Assembly: GCF_030028105.1 (NCBI RefSeq)
Contig: NC_092371.1
Span: 197,902,031 to 197,966,030, forward strand
DNA length: 64,000 nucleotides
From: Mobula birostris
Lineage: Eukaryota
Reading direction: 5' to 3'
This document shows, piece by piece, positions 50,022 to 62,064 of this stretch (position 1 is the stretch's first letter; every line of letters begins with the position of its first letter). The translations under genes and the position numbers were made by a program. The notes beneath the pieces are model-generated. The model was not told the origin of the DNA, ran no database searches, and saw nothing but the letters and a program-made list of their open reading frames with translations.

Positions 50022-52527
50022 TGGGAGTAAGAAACTAATTAGTTTGTGGAGTTATATTACTGATTTCCCAATAGTCAGCAGGAATTAGAGTGGGGGAATA
50101 ACTTTCCCAATATTTACTGGAATTATCTTGATTCAAGGGCCTTTGGTGGGACAGAATTTGTTAAATGCATCCAAAAAGATTTTTTGAGACAAAATGTAGT
50201 TATTCCTACCAGAGAAGGTGCTGTACTTTACCTTATTTTAGGAAATTTAACTCAACAGATGTTTGAAGTGTCAATGTGGAACACTTTGAAACTGACACAA
50301 TTATAATCAACTCCCTTAGTTATGAAAGGCTCATGTTAAGGTCTTGAATTGGAGAAGTTTGATTTCTTTAGCATAGGAGAGGGCCTGATAAAAGTAGATT
50401 GGGAACAGATACCTGTGGATAAAACGTCAACTATAAAGTGGGAGTCTTTTGAACAAGAATTAGTTGACGGCCAGCATGTTCTGGTAACAGTGAAAAACAA
50501 ATGTGACATGAATAGGGAACCTTGAATGACATAAGTACATTGACGGCTTCATCAAGAGGAAATAGGAAAACATATAGCAGGTAAATACCATTGGAATTGA
50601 AGGAGTTTCTTAAGGAATATGGAGTTTGTAGGAGAGAACTTAAGTAAATTGTGAAGGCAAAAATGGGCCATGGAATATCCATGACAAGTAAGATTAAGGA
50701 GAGTCCAAAGAAATTACATGAACACACCAGGAGCAAAAGGTAGACAGGGAAAGAATAGAACCCCTTAAAGATCAAAGGGATAATCTATATGTGGAGTCGG
50801 GGGATATCACTGGAAGCTTAAGTAACTAATTTTCATCTGTATTCACCAAGGCAAGGATGTGGAAGGTAGTGAATTCAGGGAGGGGTATGTGGGAAAAACT
50901 GCAGCAGGTCAGTATTTAGATGAGAAGTTGTTCAATGCCACAAGCACATGAGGGTTGATAAATCTCCATGGCTCAATGGGAAGTGTCTTAAATTGCTATT
51001 AGAAACAAGGGAGGAAATAGCTAGGGACCTGTTTGCTTTTCTGTTAGCCATGGGTGAGTTGCCAGAAAACTGAAAGATAGCTGATGCGGTTTACTTTCTA
51101 AGAGTAGCAGAGGTAAACCGGTAACCACAGACCATGGAGCTTTGCATCAGTAGTAACAAACTTACTGAACAAAACTGAAATAAAAGATATATTTACATTT
51201 TGAAAGCCTGGGGCTGATCAGGGATTGTCAGTATGTTTTTGTGCAGCGGAATTCCTGCCCCACTAACTTGATTGAATTTTGGAGGAAGTTACTGAGAAGA
51301 CTGAAAGCAGGGTGGTAGGTGTCCATATGGACCATAGCAGGGTATAGTTCAGGAAGTTAAAGCACATGGGATCCAAGACAAGCTGGATAATTGGATCCGC
51401 AATTGGCTTTGGGTGGAATGATGTTTTTCTGATGAGAAGTTTGTGACCAGTGACATACCACAGGGATTGTTGCTGAAACCTTTGAGATTAACAACTCGAA
51501 TGAGAATGTAAGAGGTTTGTTAGTAAGTGTGCAGATTACATGAAAATTGGTGGTGGTGTAGATAGCAACAAAAGAATAAGGCTGTGGCAGGATATAAGAT
51601 TCAAGATATAGGTCAGATGGCACCAGCAGAGGGAAATTAATCCTGCCAAGAGTGATTTTTGGCAGACTGTAGGGGTAGGACATGTAGCATAAATGGTAGA
51701 GGGACTTCGGGGGTAATATTACTAATTCCCTAAGAGGTGACAACACAGGGTGATAAAGAGGCTTGTGTTCATAGTCAAGGATATAAAAAACAGAAAATTA
51801 TGTTGCCTGGTTTGAAGAACTTCAGTTATGTGGAGAAATTGGATAGGCTGTGTTTGTTTTCTCTGGTGCAAAGGAGGCTGGGGTGTAACCTGCCAGAGAT
51901 ATAGGAAATTATAAGAGGCAAAGATAGGATATAGAGTCAAGATCTTTTTCTGTTGAATAGAATATAAAATAGTGTATAATAGAATATAGTTTTAATGTTT
52001 GATGAAGTTTGAAAGTGAGTTTGAGAGGTAGTTTTTGTTTTACACAAAGGGTTTGATACCTGGAACTTGCTGCCAGAGGAGGTGGTGGAGTCAGATACAA
52101 TCAATATGTTCAACAGACATTTATACAGGCTCTTCCAAAGGCAGGGCATCAAAAGACACAGACCCAATGCAGGTTGCTGTACTGTAAATGGATATGGTGG
52201 GCTGGAGGACCACTTCTGACCTGTATGACCCCATGACTCCAAGTTTGTTTAAAAAAAACCTGAAAAAAAGGAAAATTTTGATCCCTGTATTGCTGGAGGG
52301 AAGCTCAACAAATTCTGCTTGGGAACACACCTAACTAATCCAGTGTGGCACAGTAAGAAATATATATTGGTATTGCTTTTTTTTTCCTTTTTTTTTTGAA
52401 GTACTTTTTTCTCTTCCAGTATATTTATTTTTCTTTCACTATTTAACTTCGGTTTCTGTAAGTACATCTTCTACAATGTGAGAATAGTTCACCCTCTTTC
52501 CTTCTGATCCTAAATAGCACTTCTCTT

Positions 52528-54652
52528 AAACACAAGAAATTCTGCAGATGCTGGAAATCCAAAGCATCATACTGAAAATGCTGAAGAAGCTCGGCATGTC
52601 AGACAGCATTTGTGGAAACGAGAAAACAGTCAACGTTTCAGGCTGAGACTCTTCTTCAGGACTGGAAAGGAAGGGAGAAGATGCCAGAATAAAAAGGTGG
52701 GGGGAGGGGATGAAGGATAGCTGGAAGGAGATAGGTGAAGCCAGGTGGGTGGGAAAGGTAAAGGACTGGAGAAGAAGGAATCTGCTAGGAAAGAGGAGGT
52801 GGACTGTAGGAGAAAGGGAAGGAGGAGGTGCAGCGGGGGGAGGTAATAGGCTGGTGAGAAGAGGTGAGAGGACAAAGTGGGAAATAGAGGTGGGGGGGGG
52901 AGACAGAGTATTTTTTCACTGAAAGGAGAAATCTATATTCATGTCATCAGGTTAGAGGCCACCCAGATGAAATACAAGGTGTTGCTCCTCCACGCTGAGA
53001 TGGCATCATTGTGGCACAAGAGGAGCCATGGACTGACATGTTGGAGTCATAATTACAATGTTGAGCCACAAGGAAGTTCCACTTTTGGTGGATTGAGCAG
53101 AGGTGCTCAACAAAGCAGTTCCCTAATTTACAATGGGTCTCACCAGTGTAGAGGAGGCTGCATTGGGAGCACTGGATGCAACAGACAACCCCAGCAAATT
53201 CGCAGGTGAAGTGCTGCCTCACCCGGAAAGATTGTTCAGGGCCCCTGAATAGTGGTGAGGGAGGAGTGAATGGCCAGGTGTAGCATTTTGGCCACTTGCG
53301 GGCTAAGTACTGGGATGGAGATAGTGGGAATGGACGAGGGAATCACGAGGGAGTGATCCCTGTAGGAAGCGGAGAGTTGGGGAGAGGTAAAAATGTGTTT
53401 AGTTGCAGGGTCACTTTGGGGTGGAAGAAGCTGCGGAGAATGATGTGTTGGATGTGGAGGCTCATGGTGGGGTTGGTGAGTAGATGAGGAACTCCATCAC
53501 TGTTGAGGTGGCAGGAAGATGGAGTGAGCTTGGATGTCTGGGAAATGGAGAAGCTGTGGGTGAGGGTAGCATTAATGGTTGAGGTAGGGAAACACTGTTC
53601 TCTGAAGAAGGAAGACATCTCTGATGTTCTGGAAAGGAAAGCGTCACCTGGGAAAAGATGCAGTGGAGACAAAGGAACTGAGAACAACATTTTTACAGGA
53701 GACAAGGTGGGAAGAGATATAGTCAAGATAGTCATGGGAATCGGTAGGTTAATAAAAGATGCTGATCAATAGCTTGTCTCCACAGATGGAGACAGAGAGA
53801 TCAAAAAAGGATGAAAGAAATGGACCAAGTGAATTTAAGGACATGGTGGAAGTTGGAGGCAAAGTAGATGAAATAGATAAGCTCAGCATGGGTGCGTGAA
53901 GCAGTACCAATGTAGCAGAAGAAGAGATGGGGAGCATTACCAGGGAAGGCTTGGAACATGGATTGTTCCAAAATGCTACATCTGCCAATTCACCTCCTCC
54001 CTCACCTCCATTCAGGGCTCGAAAACAGCCCTTCCAGGTGAATCAAGGTTTCAGTTGCAAATCTGCTGGGATCATCTGTTGTATCTAGTGCTCCCGATTC
54101 AGCCTCCTCTACCTTAGTGAGACCCATCGTAAATTGGGGGACTGCTTCGTCGAGTACTTCCGTTCCATTCGCCAAAAGCATAACTTCCTGCTGGCCCAAC
54201 ATTTTTACTCTGATTCCTATTCCCCTTCGAACAGGGTGGCTCATGGCCTCCTCTACTTGTCCACGATGAGGCGACCCTCAGGATGGAGGAGCAACACCTT
54301 GTATTCCATCTAGGGAGCTTGATGGCATGAACAGCAACTTTTCCTTCTGGTAAAAATGATTTCCCTCCCCCTCTCCTCTTGTTTTCCTACTTTGATCTCT
54401 CACCTCTACTCACCTGCGTATCATCTCCCTCTGGTGTCCCTCCTTCCCTTCCTCCTATGGTCCATTCTTCTTTCTTATCAGATTCCTTCCTCTCCAGCCC
54501 TTCCCACCCACCTAGCTTCACCTATCATCTTCTAGCTATCCTTCTTCCCCTCCCCTCCTTTTTATTCCGGCATCTCCCCCTTTCCTCTCCAGCCCCGAAG
54601 ACACTGAAACCACTGTTTGTTCATTTCCATGGGTGCTGCCGAACCTGCTGAC
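52528..54652. mobile_element. Penelope-like element (- 52528-53975) joined to an inverted copy (+ 53976-54652)
   Basis: RT end (NFHHVLKFTWS, DLSVSICGDKL, KPTDSH) and GIY-YIG (TCEFAGVVCCIQCSQCSLLYTGETHCKLGNCFVEHL); the inverted segment repeats the GIY-YIG and pLTR. Confidence 0.85.
52627..52664 (-). ncRNA. Minimal hammerhead ribozyme motif
   Basis: The minus strand reads CAGTC-CTGAAGA-AGAGTCTCAGCCT-GAAAC-GTT-GACTG: core and stem I intact, stem II weakened. Confidence 0.65.
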
Positions 54653-56197
54653 TTTCCATTCTTTCTGTTTCTGCTCTTAACAAAGTTTCCCCAAAAGCCT
54701 ATATATGTCCTTTGCATTAGATGCTGTTCAATAAACAATGTTCTCAGATGTATTCTATAAGCTAGCATTTGTTTTAATTATAGTAAAGCAAAGATATCTC
54801 TTCATTGCCAGAAATTTTCCTCTGCAGTAGTCAAAGCATTACTGCTTCAGTTTTTGATGCAAATATTCTAGGGGGCTTGCTTCATTTACTTGAGGGCTAC
54901 AGAGCTCCTGGTCCTAGAATGTCAGTGCACTGTCCTGTCCTTCAAATGGACAAGACCCTTAAAAGCTTGTCCTGCTCCCAGAGAGCAAATCTGCCATTGT
55001 AAACTCTCTGGGATCTAATTAACTTTAGTTTGTGGTATAGATCTCAGCTGGCATGAAATCCCAGGCTTGAAGGCACAAGGGTACAATTCCTATAGTAGCC
55101 CGGGAACACTCCAGCGACATCATCTTCACAAGTGGAAATAGATGGTTAACTCCAGGTGGAAAGGGGCAGCAGGTGGTGAAATGTGGAGCAGAATTTGCAT
55201 TTTGCTTAGGCTTCCAGCTGGGCATAGTTTGGGAGGTCAGTGATGAGAAAACGGGTTATTTGAGTGATGATACTGACCATTCCAAACCTGTGGTTCATGT
55301 GGCTCCACTACAAGTGAGCAAAGGAAATTGGCTCCCATGAATATTGTGGTGTGAAACTGAACCAGATAATAGCAGTAGTGCTTTAATTTGTGTGAAGTAA
55401 AATTTATGGCAGCATTGCAAAAATAATTGTTTTATATGAAGCCATGATTTAAATTGATATTAAAGTGCAAGAGACATTCAGTGGCCACTTTATTAGGCAC
55501 ACCTGCTAATTAATGCAAATGAATCATATGACAGCAAAACCAATGCTCTTTTCAATATTTTTATTAGTTTCTATATAGAATACGGAGTACAAGAACGTGT
55601 GTATATAAAAGGTCAAAAAAGATTTTAAACTACCAATTACATTATATCTATTCATAATAACAATTTCATTACCCCATATTCATGTAAGTTAGTCGATAGT
55701 ATATTTCAATATAACTAATTTATTACAAAAAAAAGTCTAACCCCTACCAAGACCGAAGCTGTTTATTAAGGAGAAAAAAGGTAAAATACTTTCTCGTATA
55801 ATAAAAAATTAATAATAGCCAACATCTGAATTTAAACAACGAACTGAGGGTTTTGAAAGTTCTTATACTAGTTATAATATGCTGTTGGGAATGAGAAGTG
55901 TTCCTTTAGATAAAATTAAAAATCTTTGGGAACAAGATTTACAGACTTCAATTTCTGAGGAAATTTGGAATCAAATTTTTTAATTGGTCAACACTTCATC
56001 GTTATGTGCCCGTCACTGTCCCCTTAATTTAAAGTGGTCCATAGGGCCCATGTGACTAAGGATAAGTTGTCTTGTTTTTATTTAGATATATCTCTGTATT
56101 GTGATAAATGTAATAATGGAGAAGCTTCAATCATTCATATGTTTTGGACATGCCCGAGTCTTTGAAAATATTGGAAAGAAGTACTTCAAACCTTTTC

Positions 56198-56429
56198 AAG
56201 CAACACACATCAAAGTTGCTGGTGAACGCAGCAGGCCAGGCAGCATCTCGAGGAAGAAGTGCAGTCGACGTTTCAGGCTGAGACCCTTCGCCAATCCTGA
56301 CGAAGGGTCTCAGCCTGAAACGTAGACTGTACCTCTTCCTTGAGATGCTGCCTGGCCTGCTGCGTTCACCAGCAACTTTGATGTGTGTTGCTTGAATTTC
56401 CAGCATCTGCAGAATTCTTCGTTTGTGGT
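56198..56429 (+). mobile_element. Fold-back Penelope pLTR insertion containing a hammerhead motif
   Basis: Approximately 96-bp inverted arms at 56195-56290 and 56301-56396. 13-bp TSD TTCAAACCTTTTC at 56185-56197 and 56430-56442. Confidence 0.9.
56292..56329 (+). ncRNA. Minimal hammerhead ribozyme motif
   Basis: CAATC-CTGACGA-AGGgtctcagCCT-GAAAC-GTA-GACTG. Confidence 0.7.
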
Positions 56430-57580
56430 TTCAAACCTTTTCGATACTACTTAAAGTAAATTCCAAGCCTAATCCTTTGACCGCTTTATTTGTTATTGTT
56501 GGAGGAAAGAATATTATTTTGGAGCCATCTGATTTGCACATTTTGCCTTTTATTTCTCTTATGGCCAGAAGGATGCTCTTGCTTAAATGGAAAGATGTGG
56601 CCCCTCCTATTCACGCCCAATGGTTGCATAATGTGATGTCATGTTTAAATTTAGAGAAGATCCGATGTTCAATCTTTGAATCTAATCAAGACTTTCAAAC
56701 ATTGTGGGGTCCTTTTCTGAATTATTTTCAAAACCTTGGTTTTCCTGTTAAAGCGCAGATGATGACTAACAATCTTTTTTCTTTTTTTTTCTACTAATCA
56801 GCTTTGGTCTTGGTAGTGGGTTAGATTTTTTTATATAATAAAATTATTATTTTTCAATGTTAAGAACTAATTGGCTTGTACGAAGGGTAAGGACGCTTTA
56901 TATGCGATTTAGTTTAATGTATTGACATACTTATTCCTGTACTGTGTGTGTGCTTTTATTTTTTATATATATGTGTGTATGTGTATATATATGTATACAC
57001 ATATATGTTTGTGTATGTATATGTATATATGTGTGTGTGTATATATTAAAAAAAAATAAAAATTGGAAAGAGAAAGTTTTGAAAATAATTTAGAAAGGGT
57101 CCCCACAATGTTTGAAAGCAAAACCAATGCTTAATAGCATGCAGACATGGTCAAGAGGTTCAGTTAACGTTCAGACGAACCATCAGAATGAGGAAGAAAT
57201 GTGACCCAAGTGACTTTGACTGTGGAATAATTGTTGGTGTCAGACAGGGTGGTTGAGTATCTCAGAAACTGCTCATTTCCTAGGATTTTGATGCCCTAGT
57301 CTCCAGAGTTTAAAGAGAATGGTGTGAGAAACAAAAAAAAAAGTCCCGTGAGTGGCAGTTCTGTGAGCAAAAATACTTTGTTAATGAGAGAGGTCAGAGG
57401 AGAATGGCTGGATTGGTTCAAGCTGACAGGAAGGTAACAGTAACTCAAGTAACCACGGGTTACAATGCAGAAGAGCATCTCCAACACCCAGCACGCTGAA
57501 CTTGAAGTGGATTGACCCCAGCAGCGGGAAACCACGAACATACACTCAGTGTGACCTCTTTATTTGTTATGGGACGTACC

Positions 57581-60500
57581 AGTGTGGGACCTGTACAGAT
57601 TGGATGGGTTGCACCTGAACTCGAGGGGGAGCAATATCCTTGCAGGTAGGTTTGCTAGCATGGTTCGGGAGGGTTTAAACTAATTTGCGAGGGGGATGGG
57701 ACCCAGAGCGATAGAGCAGTGAAAGAAGTGCATGGAGTAAAGCCAGATCTAACATACAGAGAGGCTTTGAGGAAAGAGAAGCAGAATAAATGGTGTAAAG
57801 ACAGTAAGGTAGAAGGGCTGAAATGTGTGTACCTCAATGCAAGAAGCATCAAGAACAAAGGTGATGAACTGACAGCTTGGATACATACATGGAGTTATGA
57901 GGTAGTGGCCATTACAAAGACTAAGCTGACACCAGGGCAGGAATGGATTCTCAATATTCCTGGATTTCAGTGCTTTAAAAGGGATAGAGAGGGTGGAAAA
58001 AGGGGAGGAGGGGTGGCATTACTGGTCAGGGATACTATTACAGCTACAGAAAGGGTGGGTAATGTAGCAGGATCCTCTTTTGAGTCAATATGGGTGGAGG
58101 TCAGGAACAGGAAGGGAGCAGTTACTCTATTGGGGGTATTCTACAGGCCCCCTGGTAGCAGCAGAGATACAGAGGAGCAGATTGGGAGGCAGATTTTGGA
58201 AAGGTGCAAAAATAACAGGGTTGTTATCATGGGTGACTTTAACTTCCCTAATATTGATTGGCACCTGATTAGTTCCCAGGGTTTAGATGGGGCAGAGTTT
58301 GTTAAGTGTGTCCAGGACAGATTCCTGTCACAGTATGAGGACAGGCCGACCAGGGGGAATGCCGTACTAGATCTAGTACAAGGTAATGAACTGGGTCAGG
58401 TCACAGATCTCTCAGTGGGTGAGCATCTGGGGGACCGTGACCACTGCCCCACCTGGCCTTTGGCATTATCATGGAAAAGGATAGAATCAGAGAGGACAGG
58501 AAGGTTTTTAATTGAGGAAAGGCAAATTATGAGGCTATAAGGTAGAACTTGCGGGTGTGAATTGGGATGATGTTTTTGCGGGGAAATGTACTATGGACAT
58601 GTGGTCGATGTTTAGAGATCTCTTGCGGGATGTTAGGGATAAATTTGTCCTGGTGAGGAAGATAAAGAATGGTAGGGTGAAGGAACCATGGGTGACAAGT
58701 GAGGTGGAAAATCTAGTCAGGTGGAAGAAGGCAGCATACATGACGTTTAGGAAGCAAGGGTCAGATGGGTCTATTGAGGAATATAGGTAAGCAAGAAAGG
58801 AGCTTAAGAAGGGGCTGAGAAGAGCAAGAAGGGGGCATGAGAAGGCCTTGGCGAGTAGGGTAAAGGAAAACCCCAAGGCATTCTTCAATTATGTGAAGAA
58901 AAAAGGATGACAGGAGTGAAGGTAGGACCGATTAGAGATAAAGGTGGGAAGATGTGCCTGGAGGCTGTGGAAGTGAGCGAGGTCCTCATTGAATACTTCT
59001 CTTCGGTATTCACCAATGAGAGGGAACTTGATGATGGTGAGGACAATATGAGTGAGGTTGATGTTCTGGAGCATTTTGATATCAAAGGAGAGGAGCTGTT
59101 GGAGTTGTTAAAATACATTAGGACGGATAAGTCCCCGGGGCCTGACGGAATATTCCCCAGGCTGCTCCACGAGGCGAGAGAAGAGATTGCTGAGCCTCTG
59201 GCTAGGATCTTTATGTCCTCGTTGTCCACAGTAATGGTACTGGAGGATTGGAGGGAGGCGAATGTTGTCCCCTTGTTCAAAAAAGGTAGTAGGGATAGTC
59301 CAGGTAATTATAGACCAGTGAGCCTTACGTCTGTTGTGGGAAAGCTGTTGGAAAAGATTCTTAGAGATGGGATCTATAGGCATTTAGAGAATCATGGTCT
59401 GATCAGGGACAGTCAGCATGGCTTTGTGAAGGGCAGATCGTGTCTAACAAGCCTGGTATAGTCCTTTGAGGAGGTGACCAGGCATATAGATGAGGGTAGT
59501 GCAGTGGATGTAATCTATATGGATTTTAGTAAGGCATTTGACAAGGTTCCACACGGTAGGCTTATTCAGAAAGTTAGAAGGCGTGGGATCCAGGGAAGTT
59601 TGGCCAGGTGGATTCAGAATTGGCTTGCCTGCAGAAGGCAGAGGGTGGTGATGGAGGGAGTACATTCAGATTGGAGGATTGTGATTAGTGGTGTCCCACA
59701 AGGATCTGTTCTGGGACTTCTACTTTTCGTGATTTTTATTAACGACCTGGATGTGTGGGTAGAAGGGTGGGTTGGCAAGTTTGCAGAGGACACAAAGGTT
59801 GGTGGTGTTGTAGATTGTGTGGAGGATTGTCAAAGTTTGCAGAGAGACATTGATAGGATGCAGAAGTGGGCTGAGAAGTGGCAGATGGAGTTCAACCCGG
59901 AGAAGTGTGAGGTGGTACACTTTGGAAGGACAAACTCCAAGGCAGAGTACAAAATAAATGGCTGGATACTTGGTAGTGTGGAGGAGCAGAGGGATCTCGG
60001 GGTACATGCCCACAGATCCCTGAACGTTGCCTCACAAGTGGATAGGGTAGTTAAGAAAGCTTATGGGGTGTTAGCTTTCATAAGTCGAGGGATAGAGTTT
60101 AAGAGTCGCGATGTAATGATGCAGCTCTATAAAACTCTGGTTAGGCCACACTTGGAGTACTGTGTCCAGTTCTGGTCACCTCACTATAGGAAGGATGTGG
60201 AATCATTGGAAAGGGTACAGAGGAGATTTACCAGCATGCTGCCTGGTTTAGAAAGTATACATTGTGATCAGAGATTAAGGGAGCTGGGGCTTTACTCTTT
60301 GGAGAGAAGGAGGATGAGAGGAGACATGATAGAGGTGTACAAGATAATAAGAGGAATAGATAGAGTGGATAGCCAGCGCCTCTTCCCCAGGGCACCACTG
60401 CTCAATACAAGAGGACGAGGCTTTAAGGTAAGTGGTGGGAAGTTCAAGGGGGATATTAGAGGAAGGTTTTTACTCAGAGAGTGGTTGGTGCGTGAAATGC

Positions 60501-60668
60501 ACTGCCTGAGTCAGTGGTGGAAGCAGATACAGTAGTGAAGTTTAAGAGAGTACTGGACAGGTATATGGAGGAATTTAAGGTGGGGGCTTATATGGGAGGC
60601 AGGGTTTGAGAGTCGGCACAACATTGTGGGCCGAAGGGCCTGTAATGTGCTGTACTATTCTATGTTCT
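57581..60668 (+). mobile_element. Young CR1 LINE (end of ORF1 plus full-length disrupted ORF2)
   Basis: DGLHLNSRGSNILAGRF (ORF1 end). ORF2 pieces of 273, 77, 184 and 353 aa carry YLNARSIKNK, GDFNFP, DFSKAFDKVPH and FAED (catalytic D to E). CTATGTTC tail. Confidence 0.96.
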
Positions 60669-62064
60669 AATAAAGTGGCCTTTGAGTGTATGTTCCTGTA
60701 CATGCTGCTGCTGTACTTGCATTGAATACCACCACCAGAAAAAGATGCAAAAGATATTTCAAGTTAAAATGACATTTGCCAAAATTACTGCCTTTTCCAT
60801 TGTAAAATATTCAGAGCATTAGCATAATCCCCGTGGCTAGATGATAAACCTTTGAGTGCTTAGTGTATACTTGATAATGGCATTATTATGCTGCCTCTTG
60901 AATGGATTTTGCCGAAGCAGCTTGAATGCAATAGAATGGCAATTATTTATAATTCTGCAGATGTGGGTCTCTGCTATGTGAATGAGTTAATATTTGCATA
61001 ACATAAAAATGCTGCAAATTAATTGCAAGCCCTGCTATTATTTACATTGCGTTAAATAGAAATGCAACTATCTACTGGCTGCAAATTCCTTACATTTTTT
61101 GGGGTTTTTTTTTTCTCTCTTCCCTTCACTCTTCTCTCTCCATCCTTTGTCTTTTTTCTGCTTTTTCTCTCGCTCACAATAATACTGATTTATTGAATTG
61201 GAGTTTGCATATCAAGGGAGTACTAGAATTGCCACCAAAGTAATTTAAATTAATACAAATTGTTCCCATGATCTCAGTTATTGCATTGCTTTATCAGTTG
61301 AGGGCCCATTAAAAAAGAATAATTACTATAGACTAGCATTTTATTATGCTAGATTGCCTAATTTAGGAAAGTTTAGTTTTCTACTGATACTTTTATTCAG
61401 TATTCTGAAGTTTGACCGTGTTACTTGCGTAATACTGTTTTCTGATATTTGCTGCTATGTTCTGCACAGCAGGACTCAGTTTAGCATATATCTACCCACA
61501 GTTTTCTATTATGCCACCAGTTGCTAAATCAGCTATAATCATTTTTGGCTGGACAGATATTCAATTAGGCTTACAGGATCCTGGATTTGAATCAGTAAGT
61601 GCAGTTCTTTCCAATTGTAGGAAAGGAGGAAGAAAAAAAAACGTTTTTATTGATGTTGCATCCAGGTGTTCGAATGAGCAATGATCTCTTTGGGAGTTAG
61701 AAATGGAGCATGTATTGATTCCTTAAATCCCCAATTAGGCATCCAGACAGGACAAAAACCATATCAAGAAACACGGCCGATTTCTTCCTGTCATGCCGTG
61801 GTATCTGTTTGTGCTTCAAAGCTGACATGTATTTTTTTTTAAAAAAACACTAATTTGGATGAACAATGAGGCTGAAGGGCAGAAATATGAACTGCAGTTT
61901 GCCTAACTTCTTCAAAATTATGGATGAAGTGTAGATAAAATGGTCGCCATGGGTATGCACCCAGATGGCTTAAACATGTTCTGTTTTATTTTTTTTGTAT
62001 CATAACAATTCCATTATTAGTGTCTTTTCACATTGCAGTGAATCTTGCATCTAACCCATCTTTA

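Larger units (their letters stand above)
48150..52240 (+). mobile_element. Old, heavily decayed CR1 hosting two Penelope insertions
   Basis: ORF1 Zn-finger-like start (MVCSSC..YTCGRC), EFVKCIQ, KIKESPK, SSVFTK and DKSP, with a CR1 3' UTR near 52200. Confidence 0.7.
55859..57075 (+). mobile_element. L1/Tx1-like 3' fragment (inner) with CCHC zinc knuckle
   Basis: WEQDL, FKVVHRAH, CDKC..ASIIHMFWTC, ARRMLLLKWK and WGPFLNYF. TSD GTTTTGAAA at 55850-55858 and 57076-57084. TA/TG low-complexity sequence in the 3' UTR. Confidence 0.85.
55548..57116 (-). mobile_element. L1/Tx1-like 3' fragment (outer)
   Basis: The reverse complement is similar to the ORF2 end and 3' UTR at 56690-56830. 15-bp TSD AGCAAAACCAATGCT at 55533-55547 and 57117-57131. 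Confidence 0.8.
55474..60691 (+). mobile_element. Internally deleted Tc1-like DNA transposon, host of nested insertions
   Basis: Terminal repeats CAGTGGCCACTTTATTAGG / TAATAAAGTGGCCTTTGAGTGTA. Transposase HTH start MRKKCDPSDFDCGIIVGVRQGG..ISETAHFLGF at about 57188. Confidence 0.8.

Noticed and set aside
55235-55278. Box C/D snoRNA-like motif (GGTCA-GTGATGA..GTGATGA-TA-CTGA-CC)
   Set aside because: Only about 44 nt long with 2 nt between C' and D, too short for a vertebrate snoRNA. Likely chance unless small-RNA data show otherwise.
56940-57050. TA/TG-rich array as a functional repeat or CRISPR-like array
   Set aside because: Simple low-complexity microsatellite in an L1 3' UTR. No repeat-spacer architecture was seen anywhere in the window.
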